A stretch of DNA of 46,353 nucleotides from Candidatus Zhuqueibacterota bacterium 4484_87 (GCA_002085355.1 NATN01000037.1:1-46353); one strand, 5' to 3'; shown: positions 1 through 9,749, counted from the first letter of the stretch. Translations and numbers: made by a program. Notes: generated from the letters alone by a model not told the origin.

Positions 1-3000
1 CCAACGTATGGCATCGGCATTTTACAAAAAATGAGCGATGTTTACATGAACGATAAAGAGGAATATCGAAACGCCATTGCTGTTTATTCCAAATTACTGA
101 AACTGTATCCACGGATGGAAGAAGCTCCTGCTGTCCATGAAAAAATTGTTGATTGCTACAGGTTGCTCGGAGATAATCGTCTGGCGTATTTGTCGCGCGA
201 TCAGTTGTTCAATCTGTATCGGCCTGGCAGTCCCTGGTGGGCACGCCAGAAAAATGAGAATGTGCGCGAAAAAGCCTACGCGATAACTGAACGCGCTTTA
301 CGTGATAATATTAGCTTACTTTTTGCCCAGGCTGAAGAGGCTAATGATCGCGGACTGTATTTGGCTGCTGTGAATGATTGCAAAAAGTATTTGAAAAATT
401 TCCCCACAGACAGTAACGCAGCGCGCATTCACTGGAATATGGCGTTGACACTGGATACAAAGCTCAAACAGTACGATGATGCTTTTGAAGAATATATGAA
501 AATTTGTGATTTATACTGGGATTCAAAATATCAACTTTATGCCGCGGAAAATGCTATTGCGTTAGGCAGAGACGCTGTGGAGATAGATACGACGCGGAAA
601 AAAATTCAGTTTGAAAAAAATGATCAGCTCAATGTTAAAGAAATTACTGGAAATGTGCTGTCGGAATTTCATTATAATCGCATTGAACTGACGCCGAGCG
701 AAAAAAAGTTAATACGTGCATATAATAATTATATCAAACTTTTTCCGCATGACAAGAGCACAGTGAAAATTCTGAACAATGCCGGTGCGCTTTATTTTAA
801 TAACAACATGTTTGGTGAAGCACTCAAATATTTCAATACTATTGTTAAGCACTTTCCTGATGACGAGAGAATTTTCGAAATTAAATATCAAATTTTAGAG
901 AGCTATTTTGGCAAAGGTGACTATCGCAGTGCGGAAATTGTCGCTGAGAAAATCAAGAACGATCCCCAGGCACCGCCGGAATTAATAGCGAAAGCAAAAC
1001 GGAGGTTAGCAGAGTCAATATTCCTTGCTGCAAAAGTTTTCGCGGCTAATGACGATCATCTGCAAGCGGGAAATGAATTTTTGCGTGTTGCTCAAGAAGT
1101 GCCAGACGCGCCGTTTGTTGATTTAAGTTTGTTCAATGCCGCTGTGGAATATGACAAAGCGCGCGAGTATGGACGAGCTGTGGAAACCTATTCCTTTCTC
1201 GTGGAGACGCGAAAAAATTCCAAATATTTGTTGGAAGCGATGAATAATCTTGCCATCGACTATGGCGAAATTCATGAATTTAAAAATGCCGCTTTGACTT
1301 ATGAACGCTTATCCAGAGTTGCGGAGGATTCTTCGCAAGTTCACGATGCGCTGTTTAATTCAAGCTTGTTTTTTGTCAAAGCAGAGGACTGGGAAAATGC
1401 GATTCGGGTCAATCTTGACTTTGTGAATAAGTTTCCAAATTCTGATGATGCGGATGATCTGTTTTTTGATATTGCCAATTACTATTTGAAGCTGGACAAA
1501 TTTGAAGAGGCAAATAAAATTTACGGTGACTATGCGGACAAATTTCCCACATCTCCGCGCGTAGTGGAAAGCTACTATCGTCGCGGTCGCTATTTTGAAG
1601 ATAAAAATAATTTGGATGATGCTCTTGCGGAATATGCCAAAGCTGTGGACAAAAATGCGGAATTGAAAAAGGCCAAGTTGGAGCCCAATGACTATTTTGC
1701 CGCTGAGGCACTGTCTCGCGCCACGAAAATTAAATACAGCGAATTTCGTAAAATTGAATTTGAGCTGCCAGTGGCAAACATGGAGAAAAACCGGCTCAAA
1801 AAAAGAGACCTGTTGATAGAAATAGTGGACGGATTCACCAAGGTTGCATCTTACGGGACGATTCATTTGTACGAGGCGACTTACGACATCGGAAAAGCGT
1901 ACGAAGAATTTGCTGACACTTGGGTGCGGCAGGAAATCCCGCCGATGGATTTGACGCAATTGGTGGTGACGAAAAAACAAATCAATGAAGCTGCTGTTGA
2001 GCTTTATCAGCGGGCGGAAAAATCTTACAAGCAGTCAATTAAAATTTTACGCAAATTAGCGGATAAATATGAAAAATCTCTGTTAAGCGCGGATACGACA
2101 CAGGCGAGAGCGACCGTTTCAAAAAAATACGTGCACAGCGACAGTACGCTTTATACTGCGCGGCGCTGGATTGATCGCTGCGAAGAACAGCTTTCAAAAG
2201 TTGCCTACGATATGGCAGAATTGCACTTGGCTACCATACAGGATCTGTTGCATGCACCAGTCCCGAGAGGCTTGAGTCAGGTGGAGCGCATGGAATATAA
2301 CCGTCAGGTGCTGGAGCGCGCAGTGGAACCGCTGGTGCGAGCTGCTGTGGAAGAGCATATCCGAAATATTCAGGAAGCCTGGGATTTGGGCATTGAAAAT
2401 CAATGGGTGAAATCATCCCGGTTGAAAGTAATTCAGACGAACAATCTTATGGCAGACCAGTACCGAAAGCTGGCATTTATGGCGCTGGATCTTCATGGCG
2501 ACAATGTTGCCGTATTGAAAAAATTGGTAGCAGAAGGTGGAATGACCGAGGACGGGTTTGATTTGATCGGACTTTCGGATCAACAGGCTGGCTTGCTTGA
2601 TTTTTCGAAAGAATTTATTTTGCGGGCAACGGACTATTATCGCCAGACGCTGGATATTGTGAATGAAATTAAAATCAACGATCCGAGCGTTTTGCTCACC
2701 GAAGAAAATATTGTGAAGCAGGCTTATCTATTTGCCGGGGAAAGTGATTCGCTGGCTAAAATTGATTATGCGAACAAGAAAATTTATGAAAAGTTGTCAC
2801 GGGAAACAAATGAGCCGAAATATGAAGATGCACTATTTACTTTTGAAGATAATTATTTTTCCTTGAAAGAAAATGCGGTCAGCGTTCTGGAATCAACGCG
2901 CGAATTGGCTGCCAAATTGGAAATAAACAATCGCTGGCTGCCCCGCATTAACCTGGCACTCGTAAGTTTAAACCCGGAAAAATTCAAAGATCTGCTCGGA

Positions 3001-3720
3001 CTTACCATGGATAGCCATGTGGAGTATTCCGATTCTGCCTGGCTGGCATCATGTGAATTTGTCAAAAACTGGCTGGAGTATGATTTTACAGAAAATCAGT
3101 ACCGGAATTCAGAGATGATCTCTGATGCAGCAAATAAAGCAAAAGCCATCTGGCTCACAAAATTGGACACGGTCGGTTTTTCTCTGGATACGACCCTTGT
3201 TCCTGTGGGCGATTCGTTGACGTTTGCTTTTGCAGACGATTCCACGGTTTTAAATTTATCATTTCCTGACACGTTGTTTTCTGATTCCTCCGAATCACAG
3301 AAACAATTCAAAAAACAGGTGAATAAAACGCCAAAGTTGGCGCAGGTCTTTTGCCGCCGGGTTTATTTCAGAAAACATTTTACCGTTACAGGCTTGCCGG
3401 TTGCCGTGGAAATTGAGATGAAAGTGGACGATTCGTTCAATCTTTTTCTCAATGGGGAATATATTTCAGGTGTGATTCGTCAGGATAGCGCCATGGTGAG
3501 CCGGGGACATTACATCTTAAGCGATGGTTTAAAAGCGGGCGATAATGTGTTGGCTGTGGAAGGTATCGATTCCGATCACACCGGCCAGGGGTTGATCGCA
3601 ACAATGATAATAAAATGCCTGCCGGATTGGGAGAAAAAGCGGCAGCAGATTTTGTATGAGACAAGCGACGAAAAAATAAAAGAGAATCTAAACACTGACA
3701 AATATATTATTTTGTATTAA
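1..3720 (+). CDS. Very large TPR-repeat protein (GltD/AgmU-like), 5'-truncated, with a C-terminal galactose-binding-like beta-sandwich domain
   Basis: Frame is open from base 1 (PTYGIGILQK-M...). Many TPR/BamD-like helical repeats (e.g. YLKNFPTDSNAARIHWNMA, FVNKFPNSDDADDLFFDIA). The C-terminus VYFRKHF...VDDSFNLFLNG...LKAGDNVLAV resembles a jelly-roll sugar-binding domain. Lies upstream of a MotA/ExbD/TonB cluster. Confidence 0.8.
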   Translation, partial: PTYGIGILQKMSDVYMNDKEEYRNAIAVYSKLLKLYPRMEEAPAVHEKIVDCYRLLGDNRLAYLSRDQLFNLYRPGSPWWARQKNENVREKAYAITERALRDNISLLFAQAEEANDRGLYLAAVNDCKKYLKNFPTDSNAARIHWNMALTLDTKLKQYDDAFEEYMKICDLYWDSKYQLYAAENAIALGRDAVEIDTTRKKIQFEKNDQLNVKEITGNVLSEFHYNRIELTPSEKKLIRAYNNYIKLFPHDKSTVKILNNAGALYFNNNMFGEALKYFNTIVKHFPDDERIFEIKYQILESYFGKGDYRSAEIVAEKIKNDPQAPPELIAKAKRRLAESIFLAAKVFAANDDHLQAGNEFLRVAQEVPDAPFVDLSLFNAAVEYDKAREYGRAVETYSFLVETRKNSKYLLEAMNNLAIDYGEIHEFKNAALTYERLSRVAEDSSQVHDALFNSSLFFVKAEDWENAIRVNLDFVNKFPNSDDADDLFFDIANYYLKLDKFEEANKIYGDYADKFPTSPRVVESYYRRGRYFEDKNNLDDALAEYAKAVDKNAELKKAKLEPNDYFAAEALSRATKIKYSEFRKIEFELPVANMEKNRLKKRDLLIEIVDGFTKVASYGTIHLYEATYDIGKAYEEFADTWVRQEIPPMDLTQLVVTKKQINEAAVELYQRAEKSYKQSIKILRKLADKYEKSLLSADTTQARATVSKKYVHSDSTLYTARRWIDRCEEQLSKVAYDMAELHLATIQDLLHAPVPRGLSQVERMEYNRQVLERAVEPLVRAAVEEHIRNIQEAWDLGIENQWVKSSRLKVIQTNNLMADQYRKLAFMALDLHGDNVAVLKKLVAEGGMTEDGFDLIGLSDQQAGLLDFSKEFILRATDYYRQTLDIVNEIKINDPSVLLTEENIVKQAYLFAGESDSLAKIDYANKKIYEKLSRETNEPKYEDALFTFEDNYFSLKENAVSVLESTRELAAKLEINNRWLPRINLALVSLNPEKFKDLLGLTMDSHVEYSDSAWLASCEFVKNWLEYDFTENQYRNSEMISDAANKAKAIWLTKLDTVGFSLDTTLVPVGDSLTFAFADDSTVLNLSFPDTLFSDSSESQKQFKKQVNKTPKLAQVFCRRVYFRKHFTVTGLPVAVEIEMKVDDSFNLFLNGEYISGVIRQDSAMVSRGHYILSDGLKAGDNVLAVEGIDSDHTGQGLIATMIIKCLPDWEKKRQQILYETSDEKIKENLNTDKYIILY

Positions 3721-3787
3721 AGTCGAATCTTGAGTGCAGAAGCATAGCTTCTTGTTTTTGTAAAAAGAGCAATTAATGAGGTGCGGA

Positions 3788-4204
3788 ATGAAAGTTTTTC
3801 ATTTATTCATCGCGTTTATCTTCAGCGTGGTTGTGTTGATGTTTTTTAGCATCCAGGCGCTGGCGCAAGACGGGAATTCAAAAGCGAAAAATACATCTGC
3901 GGCTGATTCCAGCAGTGTCGCTCCTGTAGTGCAGTTGGAGGGCGACATCGTCTTGGAAGACATCAACATTGAGGCGGTTATTGAGAAACCGCGCGTTTCC
4001 ATTGTTCCCAAACGGATGAATCCGGAATTTGGCGAATTGGAATTTGTCGATCGTTCTTTTGACCATGAACTGAAAAGTTTTCCCCAAAAGGCATTGGTGA
4101 AAGACGACCGTTTATTCAAGCCGCAAAGGGTGAACAAAATAGTCAATAAAATTATAGCCCAAAAAAATAATAAAGATAAGACAAAAAAAACAAAAAATAA
4201 CTAA
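3788..4204 (+). CDS. Small exported protein, GltF/CglF-like
   Basis: GAGG RBS before ATG 3788; signal peptide ending ALA-Q; core LEDINIEAVIEKPRVSIVPKR...DRSF resembles the I-E-G-x-I-x-K-P...R...SF motif recalled for GltF-type proteins; gene context fits. Confidence 0.6.
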   Translation: MKVFHLFIAFIFSVVVLMFFSIQALAQDGNSKAKNTSAADSSSVAPVVQLEGDIVLEDINIEAVIEKPRVSIVPKRMNPEFGELEFVDRSFDHELKSFPQKALVKDDRLFKPQRVNKIVNKIIAQKNNKDKTKKTKNN

Positions 4205-4237
4205 TAGAATTAATGCCAAAACGCGAGGAGGTTTCTG

Positions 4238-4888
4238 ATGGCTGACATTTTAAAAAATTTCAGCACAAACTCAACGGGGTGGTTTTTCATGTGGGCATTG
4301 TTGCTGGCTGCCGTTTTTGTAGTAGCCATCGCCATCGAACGTATTTATTACGTCATGGTACGGTCGAATATTGATGCTCAAAAATTCATGGATGAAATTA
4401 AAAAACAGGTACGGGCGGGCGATTACAAAAAAGCGATTGCGCTGTGCCAGTCAGCGAAGAATAAAGCATTGCCGCAAGTGGTTCTCGCTGGATTGAAAAA
4501 AGTGGGTTCAGCAGAAACGATTGAATTTCGCGCCATTCAGAATTCAGTTGATGAAGGGACTCTGGAAGTGATTCCCAAGCTAAGAGAGCGCACCAGTTAT
4601 CTGTCAATGCTTGCTAATGTATCCACATTGCTCGGCTTGATGGGAACAATTTACGGATTGATTGCCGCTTTTAAATCGGTCTCTGCGCCGGGGATTGATG
4701 CGGCGGAAAAATCGCGCATGTTGGCTGCGGGAATTTCCGTTGCTATGAATACAACGTTAACCGGACTTACTATTGCTGTGCCGGCTATCTTGTTGTACAC
4801 ATTTATTCATAACAAAACTGACAAAATCATTGACGAAATTGATGAGCACACGGTAAAGTTGATTAACTTAATTACAGGGAATCAATAA
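4238..4888 (+). CDS. MotA/TolQ/ExbB proton-channel protein (AglR-like)
   Basis: GAGGAGG RBS; 3 TM segments; TLLGLMGTIYGLI and GISVAMNTTLTGL motifs. Confidence 0.92.
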   Translation: MADILKNFSTNSTGWFFMWALLLAAVFVVAIAIERIYYVMVRSNIDAQKFMDEIKKQVRAGDYKKAIALCQSAKNKALPQVVLAGLKKVGSAETIEFRAIQNSVDEGTLEVIPKLRERTSYLSMLANVSTLLGLMGTIYGLIAAFKSVSAPGIDAAEKSRMLAAGISVAMNTTLTGLTIAVPAILLYTFIHNKTDKIIDEIDEHTVKLINLITGNQ

Positions 4889-4890
4889 AA

Positions 4891-5427
4891 ATGGCATTTA
4901 AACCGTCAAAACGAAGCAGCCGCACTTTTGAGCAAGTGCAGCTCGACATGACTCCTGTGATGAATCTGATGGTTGTCTTGATCCCGTTGCTCCTTACGTC
5001 TGCGACATTCGTCAAAATTGGCGTGATTGATTTAAATTTGCCGCCGACTGTCGGCGCTAATGCTGCTCAAATGGCAGCGCCAAAAGAGTCGGAAAAAAAC
5101 CTTGATCTCGCTGTGACGATCACTGAAGAGGGGTTTTACATTTCCAGCTCTCTAGAAGTATTAAAAGGGAATGAGAAGGGCGCCCCGACAATTCCGGTGA
5201 GAGAGGACGGGAGCTATGATTTTAAGAAATTATCTGAAAAATTGTACGAGATAAAAAAGAAGGCAAAAGGTCAATTTTCAGACACTGAGAGTATTGTCAT
5301 CCAGGCGAATCCGGATATTCCGTATCAACTGTTGGTTAGCACAATGGATGCAAGCAGGGATATTTCTGTCAATCATCGGAAGATGACTTTATTCCCGGAG
5401 GTGTCCTTGGCGGCCGGAGTCATTTAA
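4891..5427 (+). CDS. ExbD/TolR family protein 1 (TM Asp replaced by Asn)
   Basis: LDMTPVMNLMVVLIPLLL TM; periplasmic IVIQANPDIPYQLLVSTMDA motif. Confidence 0.88.
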   Translation: MAFKPSKRSSRTFEQVQLDMTPVMNLMVVLIPLLLTSATFVKIGVIDLNLPPTVGANAAQMAAPKESEKNLDLAVTITEEGFYISSSLEVLKGNEKGAPTIPVREDGSYDFKKLSEKLYEIKKKAKGQFSDTESIVIQANPDIPYQLLVSTMDASRDISVNHRKMTLFPEVSLAAGVI

Positions 5428-5451
5428 CAAATTACAGATGGAGTGAGATAA

Positions 5452-5949
5452 ATGGCGTTTATACCATCTCGAAGAAAAAAACACGATACCGATCCAGGTA
5501 AAGTGCGCCTGAATTTGACATCAATGATGGACATGTTTACCATCATTTTAGTTTTTCTGCTTAAAACGTATTCGACAGAAGGAATGTTGATTCATCCGTC
5601 AAAATTGTTGACGCTTCCGAGTTCATCAATAGAAAAATCGCCTGAAGTTGGCTTGGATTTGATTGTTTCCAAGCAGTCGGTGGTGGTGAATCATGAGGAA
5701 GTGGCAAAAGTGAATGACGTACTCAATCAGCAGGGGTTAATCGTGCCGAATTTACTGAATACGTTGCAGGTTTACGCCAGAGAAGCCAAACGCATGGAAG
5801 AGCTTTACGGAACGAAATTTTCTGGCAAAGTCACAATTCAGGCGGATAAAGATATTCCGTATAAATTACTGGTGAAAATAATGGCAACATGCGGACGGGC
5901 GGATTATCCGAATATGAGGCTTGTCGTTTATAAAAACGAAGAGGGATAA
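5452..5949 (+). CDS. ExbD/TolR family protein 2 (AglQ/AglS-like)
   Basis: LNLTSMMDMFTIILVFLLK TM with conserved Asp; IQADKDIPYKLLVKIMATC motif. Confidence 0.9.
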   Translation: MAFIPSRRKKHDTDPGKVRLNLTSMMDMFTIILVFLLKTYSTEGMLIHPSKLLTLPSSSIEKSPEVGLDLIVSKQSVVVNHEEVAKVNDVLNQQGLIVPNLLNTLQVYAREAKRMEELYGTKFSGKVTIQADKDIPYKLLVKIMATCGRADYPNMRLVVYKNEEG

Positions 5950-6005
5950 TGCGCTGTTTTGCGCCGAAATCTTGAAATTATTGAATAAACCATTTTGGGG
6001 TAAAA

Positions 6006-7199
6006 GTGGAAGGACATTTTGATAATAGTACTGATCAAGGTGGTTCTTTGTCTGAAGGCGGTTTGGAAAAATACGATACTATTATTTATGTCGATTTTCC
6101 CAAAAAATATAAACGGCGATGGATTGACAGTTTCGACAAACGGTTCGTTGCTATTTGGCTAATCACTTTTTTTGTTCAGGTGTCGCTGACTTACTATTTT
6201 ACAAAGAAATTTATTGCTGAACGAGTTAAACCTGCTGAAATTCAGCAAATTCAACAGCAATTTGCCCGACTTGTATTAAAAAAAGAAGTCAAAGAAAAGC
6301 CGGTTCAAAAGAAAAAGTCAGCGTTGATCACACCTGAAGAAACAACCGAAGAAAATGAGAATATGCCAGCCGAGTCTCAGACTGCCAGCGCGTCAGGGAA
6401 CGAGGCAACGGCAGCGCCTGCGGAAAGAAATGAACGACAATCAGGCACAAGCACGGATAATGCTGTGACAGAACAAGTTGCGCGAGGTGAAAATCCTTAT
6501 CATGTACCGGTTGGCCGGGGGCATCGCACGCCGCAACATGAATCATTCAGAATTATTTCCAAAAATGTCGCTGATAAAGGCATTTTGGGCTTTTTAGGAA
6601 GCACGTCCGAAAAAGCGACGGGCAAAGCGGTGAGAGATATTTTGAATGATGCTGACAAGGTGCAGGGAAAATTTGAGCAAACTTTGGGCGATGTCGGTTC
6701 GATTAACCATGGAAAAAGTGCAGCAGAGGAAATGGCGCAGCGGGAGCAGCGCGTTCGCCGTCAGGAAACAACGGCTGATGATGCGGACATAAGAAAGTTG
6801 ATTGCCGACCGGCAACAAGTCGCATCTGCCAATGTGAGCAGGCAAAAAACATACGAAAAGCAGCGCCAGACCACGGTAAAACAAAAAGAGCCGCAGCTTG
6901 TAGGCCACAGGAACCCGGACGACATCTCCGCTATTGTGAGCAAACATAACGCGGCGATTCAGGCGTGTTATCAACGGGAATTGCGGCGCAATCCTGATTT
7001 GAAGGGAAAAATAGTTGTACGTTTCACCATAGCTGCCAGTGGAGCCGTTACGCATGTTGAGCTTGTTTCCTCGACACTGAATAATGGTCGTGTGGAGCGG
7101 TGCGTGCTGAGCCGGATTCGTCGCTGGGATGATTTCGGCGTCATTGACGCATCGTTGGGAGATACAACATTCCGGCAGGTTTATACTTTCGGCTATTGA
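6006..7199 (+). CDS. AgmX/PglI (GltG/GltJ-like) TonB C-terminal domain protein
   Basis: Single TM near the N-terminus, long low-complexity linker, C-terminal IQACYQRELRRNPDLKGKIVVRFTI...VERCVLSRIRRW typical of the AgmX/PglI TonB-C domain. Confidence 0.85.
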   Translation: MEGHFDNSTDQGGSLSEGGLEKYDTIIYVDFPKKYKRRWIDSFDKRFVAIWLITFFVQVSLTYYFTKKFIAERVKPAEIQQIQQQFARLVLKKEVKEKPVQKKKSALITPEETTEENENMPAESQTASASGNEATAAPAERNERQSGTSTDNAVTEQVARGENPYHVPVGRGHRTPQHESFRIISKNVADKGILGFLGSTSEKATGKAVRDILNDADKVQGKFEQTLGDVGSINHGKSAAEEMAQREQRVRRQETTADDADIRKLIADRQQVASANVSRQKTYEKQRQTTVKQKEPQLVGHRNPDDISAIVSKHNAAIQACYQRELRRNPDLKGKIVVRFTIAASGAVTHVELVSSTLNNGRVERCVLSRIRRWDDFGVIDASLGDTTFRQVYTFGY

Positions 7200-7220
7200 T
7201 CGGAAAAAATACAAAATTTA

Positions 7221-7256
7221 AAAAAAGTCGTCTTGTATGCCAGACGGCTTTTTTTT
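7221..7256 (+). terminator. Rho-independent terminator closing the motor operon
   Basis: AAAAAAGTCGTCT-loop-AGACGGCTTTTTTTT inverted repeat with T-tract. Confidence 0.8.
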
Positions 7257-7441
7257 GTCCGGTATGAAAGGCTAATTTGAATTTAATGTTTAAATTTTTA
7301 TCGAATTAAAAAACGAAGACGGTGTTCAGTAATTTGTAAAAATCAATCAACCAATTTCTCTCTCCGCGGGATGAAATCTAACCCTTCAACTCATTACTTT
7401 CCAAAATTTTTCATAAACATTCATTAAACTCCATTTGTCTG

Positions 7442-7470
7442 TTGCTTTTATCAAATATTTTGCTTAAATT
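7442..7470 (+). promoter_or_regulatory. Putative sigma70 promoter of aspS
   Basis: TTGCTT-17nt-TAAATT. Confidence 0.55.
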
Positions 7471-7516
7471 AAAGTTTGAAAATTTGAGTTGTGAATATTG
7501 ATTGAGGGCTTTTAAA

Positions 7517-9298
7517 TTGGAGAAAATTGCGATTAAAGCCAGGACACATACGTGTGGCGAATTACGTGCCGAGCATGATGGACTGACTGTTACGCTCACC
7601 GGTTGGGTTGATTCCAGACGTGACCATGGTAGCTTGATTTTTGTTGTGTTGCGGGATGTTTATGGCATCTCTCAGGTTGTATTTGATCCTTCGGAAGACA
7701 AACAGGTGTATGAATCTGCCAGGGAATTGAAAAACGAATATGTGATCAAATTGACCGGAAAAGTCCGCCGCCGTCCCGAGGGAATGGTGAATCCGAATAT
7801 GGCGACGGGCGAGATTGAGGTTGTGGCACAAGATGTTAAGATTTTGAACCGAGCGGATGTGCCCCCCTTTCCTATTGTGGATGATGTGGATGCTTCGGAG
7901 GAGTTGCGGTTTCGCTATCGTTATCTGGATTTGCGCAGACCCGAATTGCAGAAAAATATCGTGCTTCGTCATCGTGCTGCACAAACTGTACGCCGTTATC
8001 TTGACGGCCAGGGATTTTTTGAAATTGAAACGCCATTTTTAATGCGCAGCACCCCTGAAGGCGCGCGGGACTATCTGGTGCCGAGCCGCATACACAAAGG
8101 TAAATTCTACGCCTTACCGCAGTCGCCGCAGACTTACAAGCAGATTCTGATGATCGCCGGATATGACCGTTATTTTCAAATTGTGAAATGTTTCCGCGAT
8201 GAAGATTTACGCGCAGAACGACAACCTGAGTTCACGCAGATTGATATGGAAATGTCCTTTGTGGAAGAAGAAGATATCTTTCGCATTGCTGAAGGTCTGA
8301 TGCGGACTCTGTTCGACGAAGTGATCGGCATGTCACTGCAAACGCCGTTTCCGATAATTTCTTTTGACGAGGCCATGCAACGATTCGGCACCGATAAACC
8401 GGACGTGCGTTTCGGAATGGAAATTTCAGACGTCAGCGAATTTGTCAGGTCCAGTGAGTTTAAAGTTTTTTCCTCTACCGTGGCTGGCGGCGGCATTGTC
8501 GCCGGAATAAATTTGAAGGGCGGCGCCGGATATTCGCGCAAGCAGGTGGACGGATTAAACCAATTTGTCATCGACCTTGGCGGCAAAGGAGTTCTGACTG
8601 CAAAAGTTAAAGAAGACAGTTGGGATTCTTCCATTCGAAAGTTTTTAACGGATGCAATGATTTCCGGTATCAATGAGAAGTTGGCTGCGGAAGCAGGCGA
8701 TTTGCTCATTTTAATCGCCGGAGAAAAAATGCAAACATTGACAAATCTTGGCAAATTAAGGAATAAATTAGCCCGAGACGAAAATTTAATTTCAAAAGAG
8801 GAATTCAAGCCGTTGTGGGTGACAGAGTTTCCTCTGCTGGAGTTTGACGAAGAGGAACAGCGTTACGTGGCGATGCACCATCCTTTTACCAGCCCGCGCG
8901 AAGAAGATCTGGCCTTGTTTGATTCTTCGCCTGGTAAAGTAAAAGCCCGGGCTTACGACCTGGTTTTGAATGGCTACGAGATCGCCGGTGGTAGTATCAG
9001 AAATCATCGGCTGGACATACAGATGAAGGTGTTTAACTTATTGAAAATAGATGATAAAGAGGCAAGAGAAAAGTTTGGATTTTTGCTGGACGGATTGCGC
9101 TTTGGCGCGCCACCGCATGGAGGGATTGCGTTTGGATTTGATCGTCTGCTAATGCTGTTGGCGGGTGAAAATTCGATCCGGAACGTCATCGCATTCCCGA
9201 AGACAACCAGCGCGCTTTCGCTTATGGATAATGCGCCGGCGGAAGTTTCCGAGAAGCAACTTAAGGAATTGGGGCTAAAAATCATTGCATCTTTGTAA
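7517..9298 (+). CDS. aspS: Aspartate--tRNA ligase, probably non-discriminating (Asp/Asn)
   Basis: RTHTCGELR, RRDHGSLIF, STPEGARDYLVPSR, FRDEDLRAERQPEFTQ, GAPPHGG motifs. His in RRDHG and Gly in RPEG are non-discriminating-type residues. TTG start at 7517 follows GAGGG (alternative start 7502). Confidence 0.97.
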   Translation: MEKIAIKARTHTCGELRAEHDGLTVTLTGWVDSRRDHGSLIFVVLRDVYGISQVVFDPSEDKQVYESARELKNEYVIKLTGKVRRRPEGMVNPNMATGEIEVVAQDVKILNRADVPPFPIVDDVDASEELRFRYRYLDLRRPELQKNIVLRHRAAQTVRRYLDGQGFFEIETPFLMRSTPEGARDYLVPSRIHKGKFYALPQSPQTYKQILMIAGYDRYFQIVKCFRDEDLRAERQPEFTQIDMEMSFVEEEDIFRIAEGLMRTLFDEVIGMSLQTPFPIISFDEAMQRFGTDKPDVRFGMEISDVSEFVRSSEFKVFSSTVAGGGIVAGINLKGGAGYSRKQVDGLNQFVIDLGGKGVLTAKVKEDSWDSSIRKFLTDAMISGINEKLAAEAGDLLILIAGEKMQTLTNLGKLRNKLARDENLISKEEFKPLWVTEFPLLEFDEEEQRYVAMHHPFTSPREEDLALFDSSPGKVKARAYDLVLNGYEIAGGSIRNHRLDIQMKVFNLLKIDDKEAREKFGFLLDGLRFGAPPHGGIAFGFDRLLMLLAGENSIRNVIAFPKTTSALSLMDNAPAEVSEKQLKELGLKIIASL

Positions 9299-9327
9299 TA
9301 AAAAAAGATGCCTGATTTATTTTTTAC

Positions 9328-9356
9328 TTGACAATTACTATTTTTTTTGTTATTAT
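9328..9356 (+). promoter_or_regulatory. Near-consensus sigma70 promoter for the lipoprotein-LysM operon
   Basis: TTGACA-17nt-TATTAT. Confidence 0.7.
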
Positions 9357-9473
9357 TAAATGACTTATTAGGTTACAAATTTTTAATCGTTAGCGGAATT
9401 CAAAATCAGTTGATTCAAAACTAGAATAGTTTCACTAATCAAATACGAATTTAACATCGGAAGGAGGTGTAAG

Positions 9474-9749
9474 TTGATGCGCAAAACAATTAGGACGTTA
9501 CTAATTGTCACGTCTATCTTTGCCCTGCTGCTATCTGTTTTTCTAACCGGCTGTACTCGTCATCCCAATGAGAAACAGTGTCAGGCATACGAGGAGCAGG
9601 TAAAGGCGACTGATGCTGCTGAACAGGCTTTGCAAGACAAGAAACAGGAAAAAGCTACGGTTGAACAGCAGCTTAATGATGCAAAGCAGAAGCTCGAGGA
9701 AGTGAAGAGCGAAAAATCCACAATTCAATCAAAATTAGGCGGAATGTAA
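9474..9749 (+). CDS. Small coiled-coil lipoprotein
   Basis: AAGGAGG RBS; lipobox FLTG-C; mature part (~65 aa) is a heptad-rich A/E/K/Q helix. Confidence 0.8.
   Translation: MMRKTIRTLLIVTSIFALLLSVFLTGCTRHPNEKQCQAYEEQVKATDAAEQALQDKKQEKATVEQQLNDAKQKLEEVKSEKSTIQSKLGGM

Noticed and set aside
4238..7199. Reading the cluster as canonical Tol-Pal or ExbBD-TonB iron uptake
   Set aside because: No tolB, pal or receptor follows. Two ExbDs, an AgmX-type C-domain and GltF-like/TPR neighbours fit the Agl/Glt type better. Upstream genes are not visible, so this is not fully excluded.
7290..7424. Minus-strand frame MNVYEKFWKVMS-TGA... with three in-frame TGA codons after a GGAG (possible selenoprotein or recoding)
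   Set aside because: No recognisable SECIS or homology; expected by chance in AT-rich intergenic DNA; other genes use TGA as stop.
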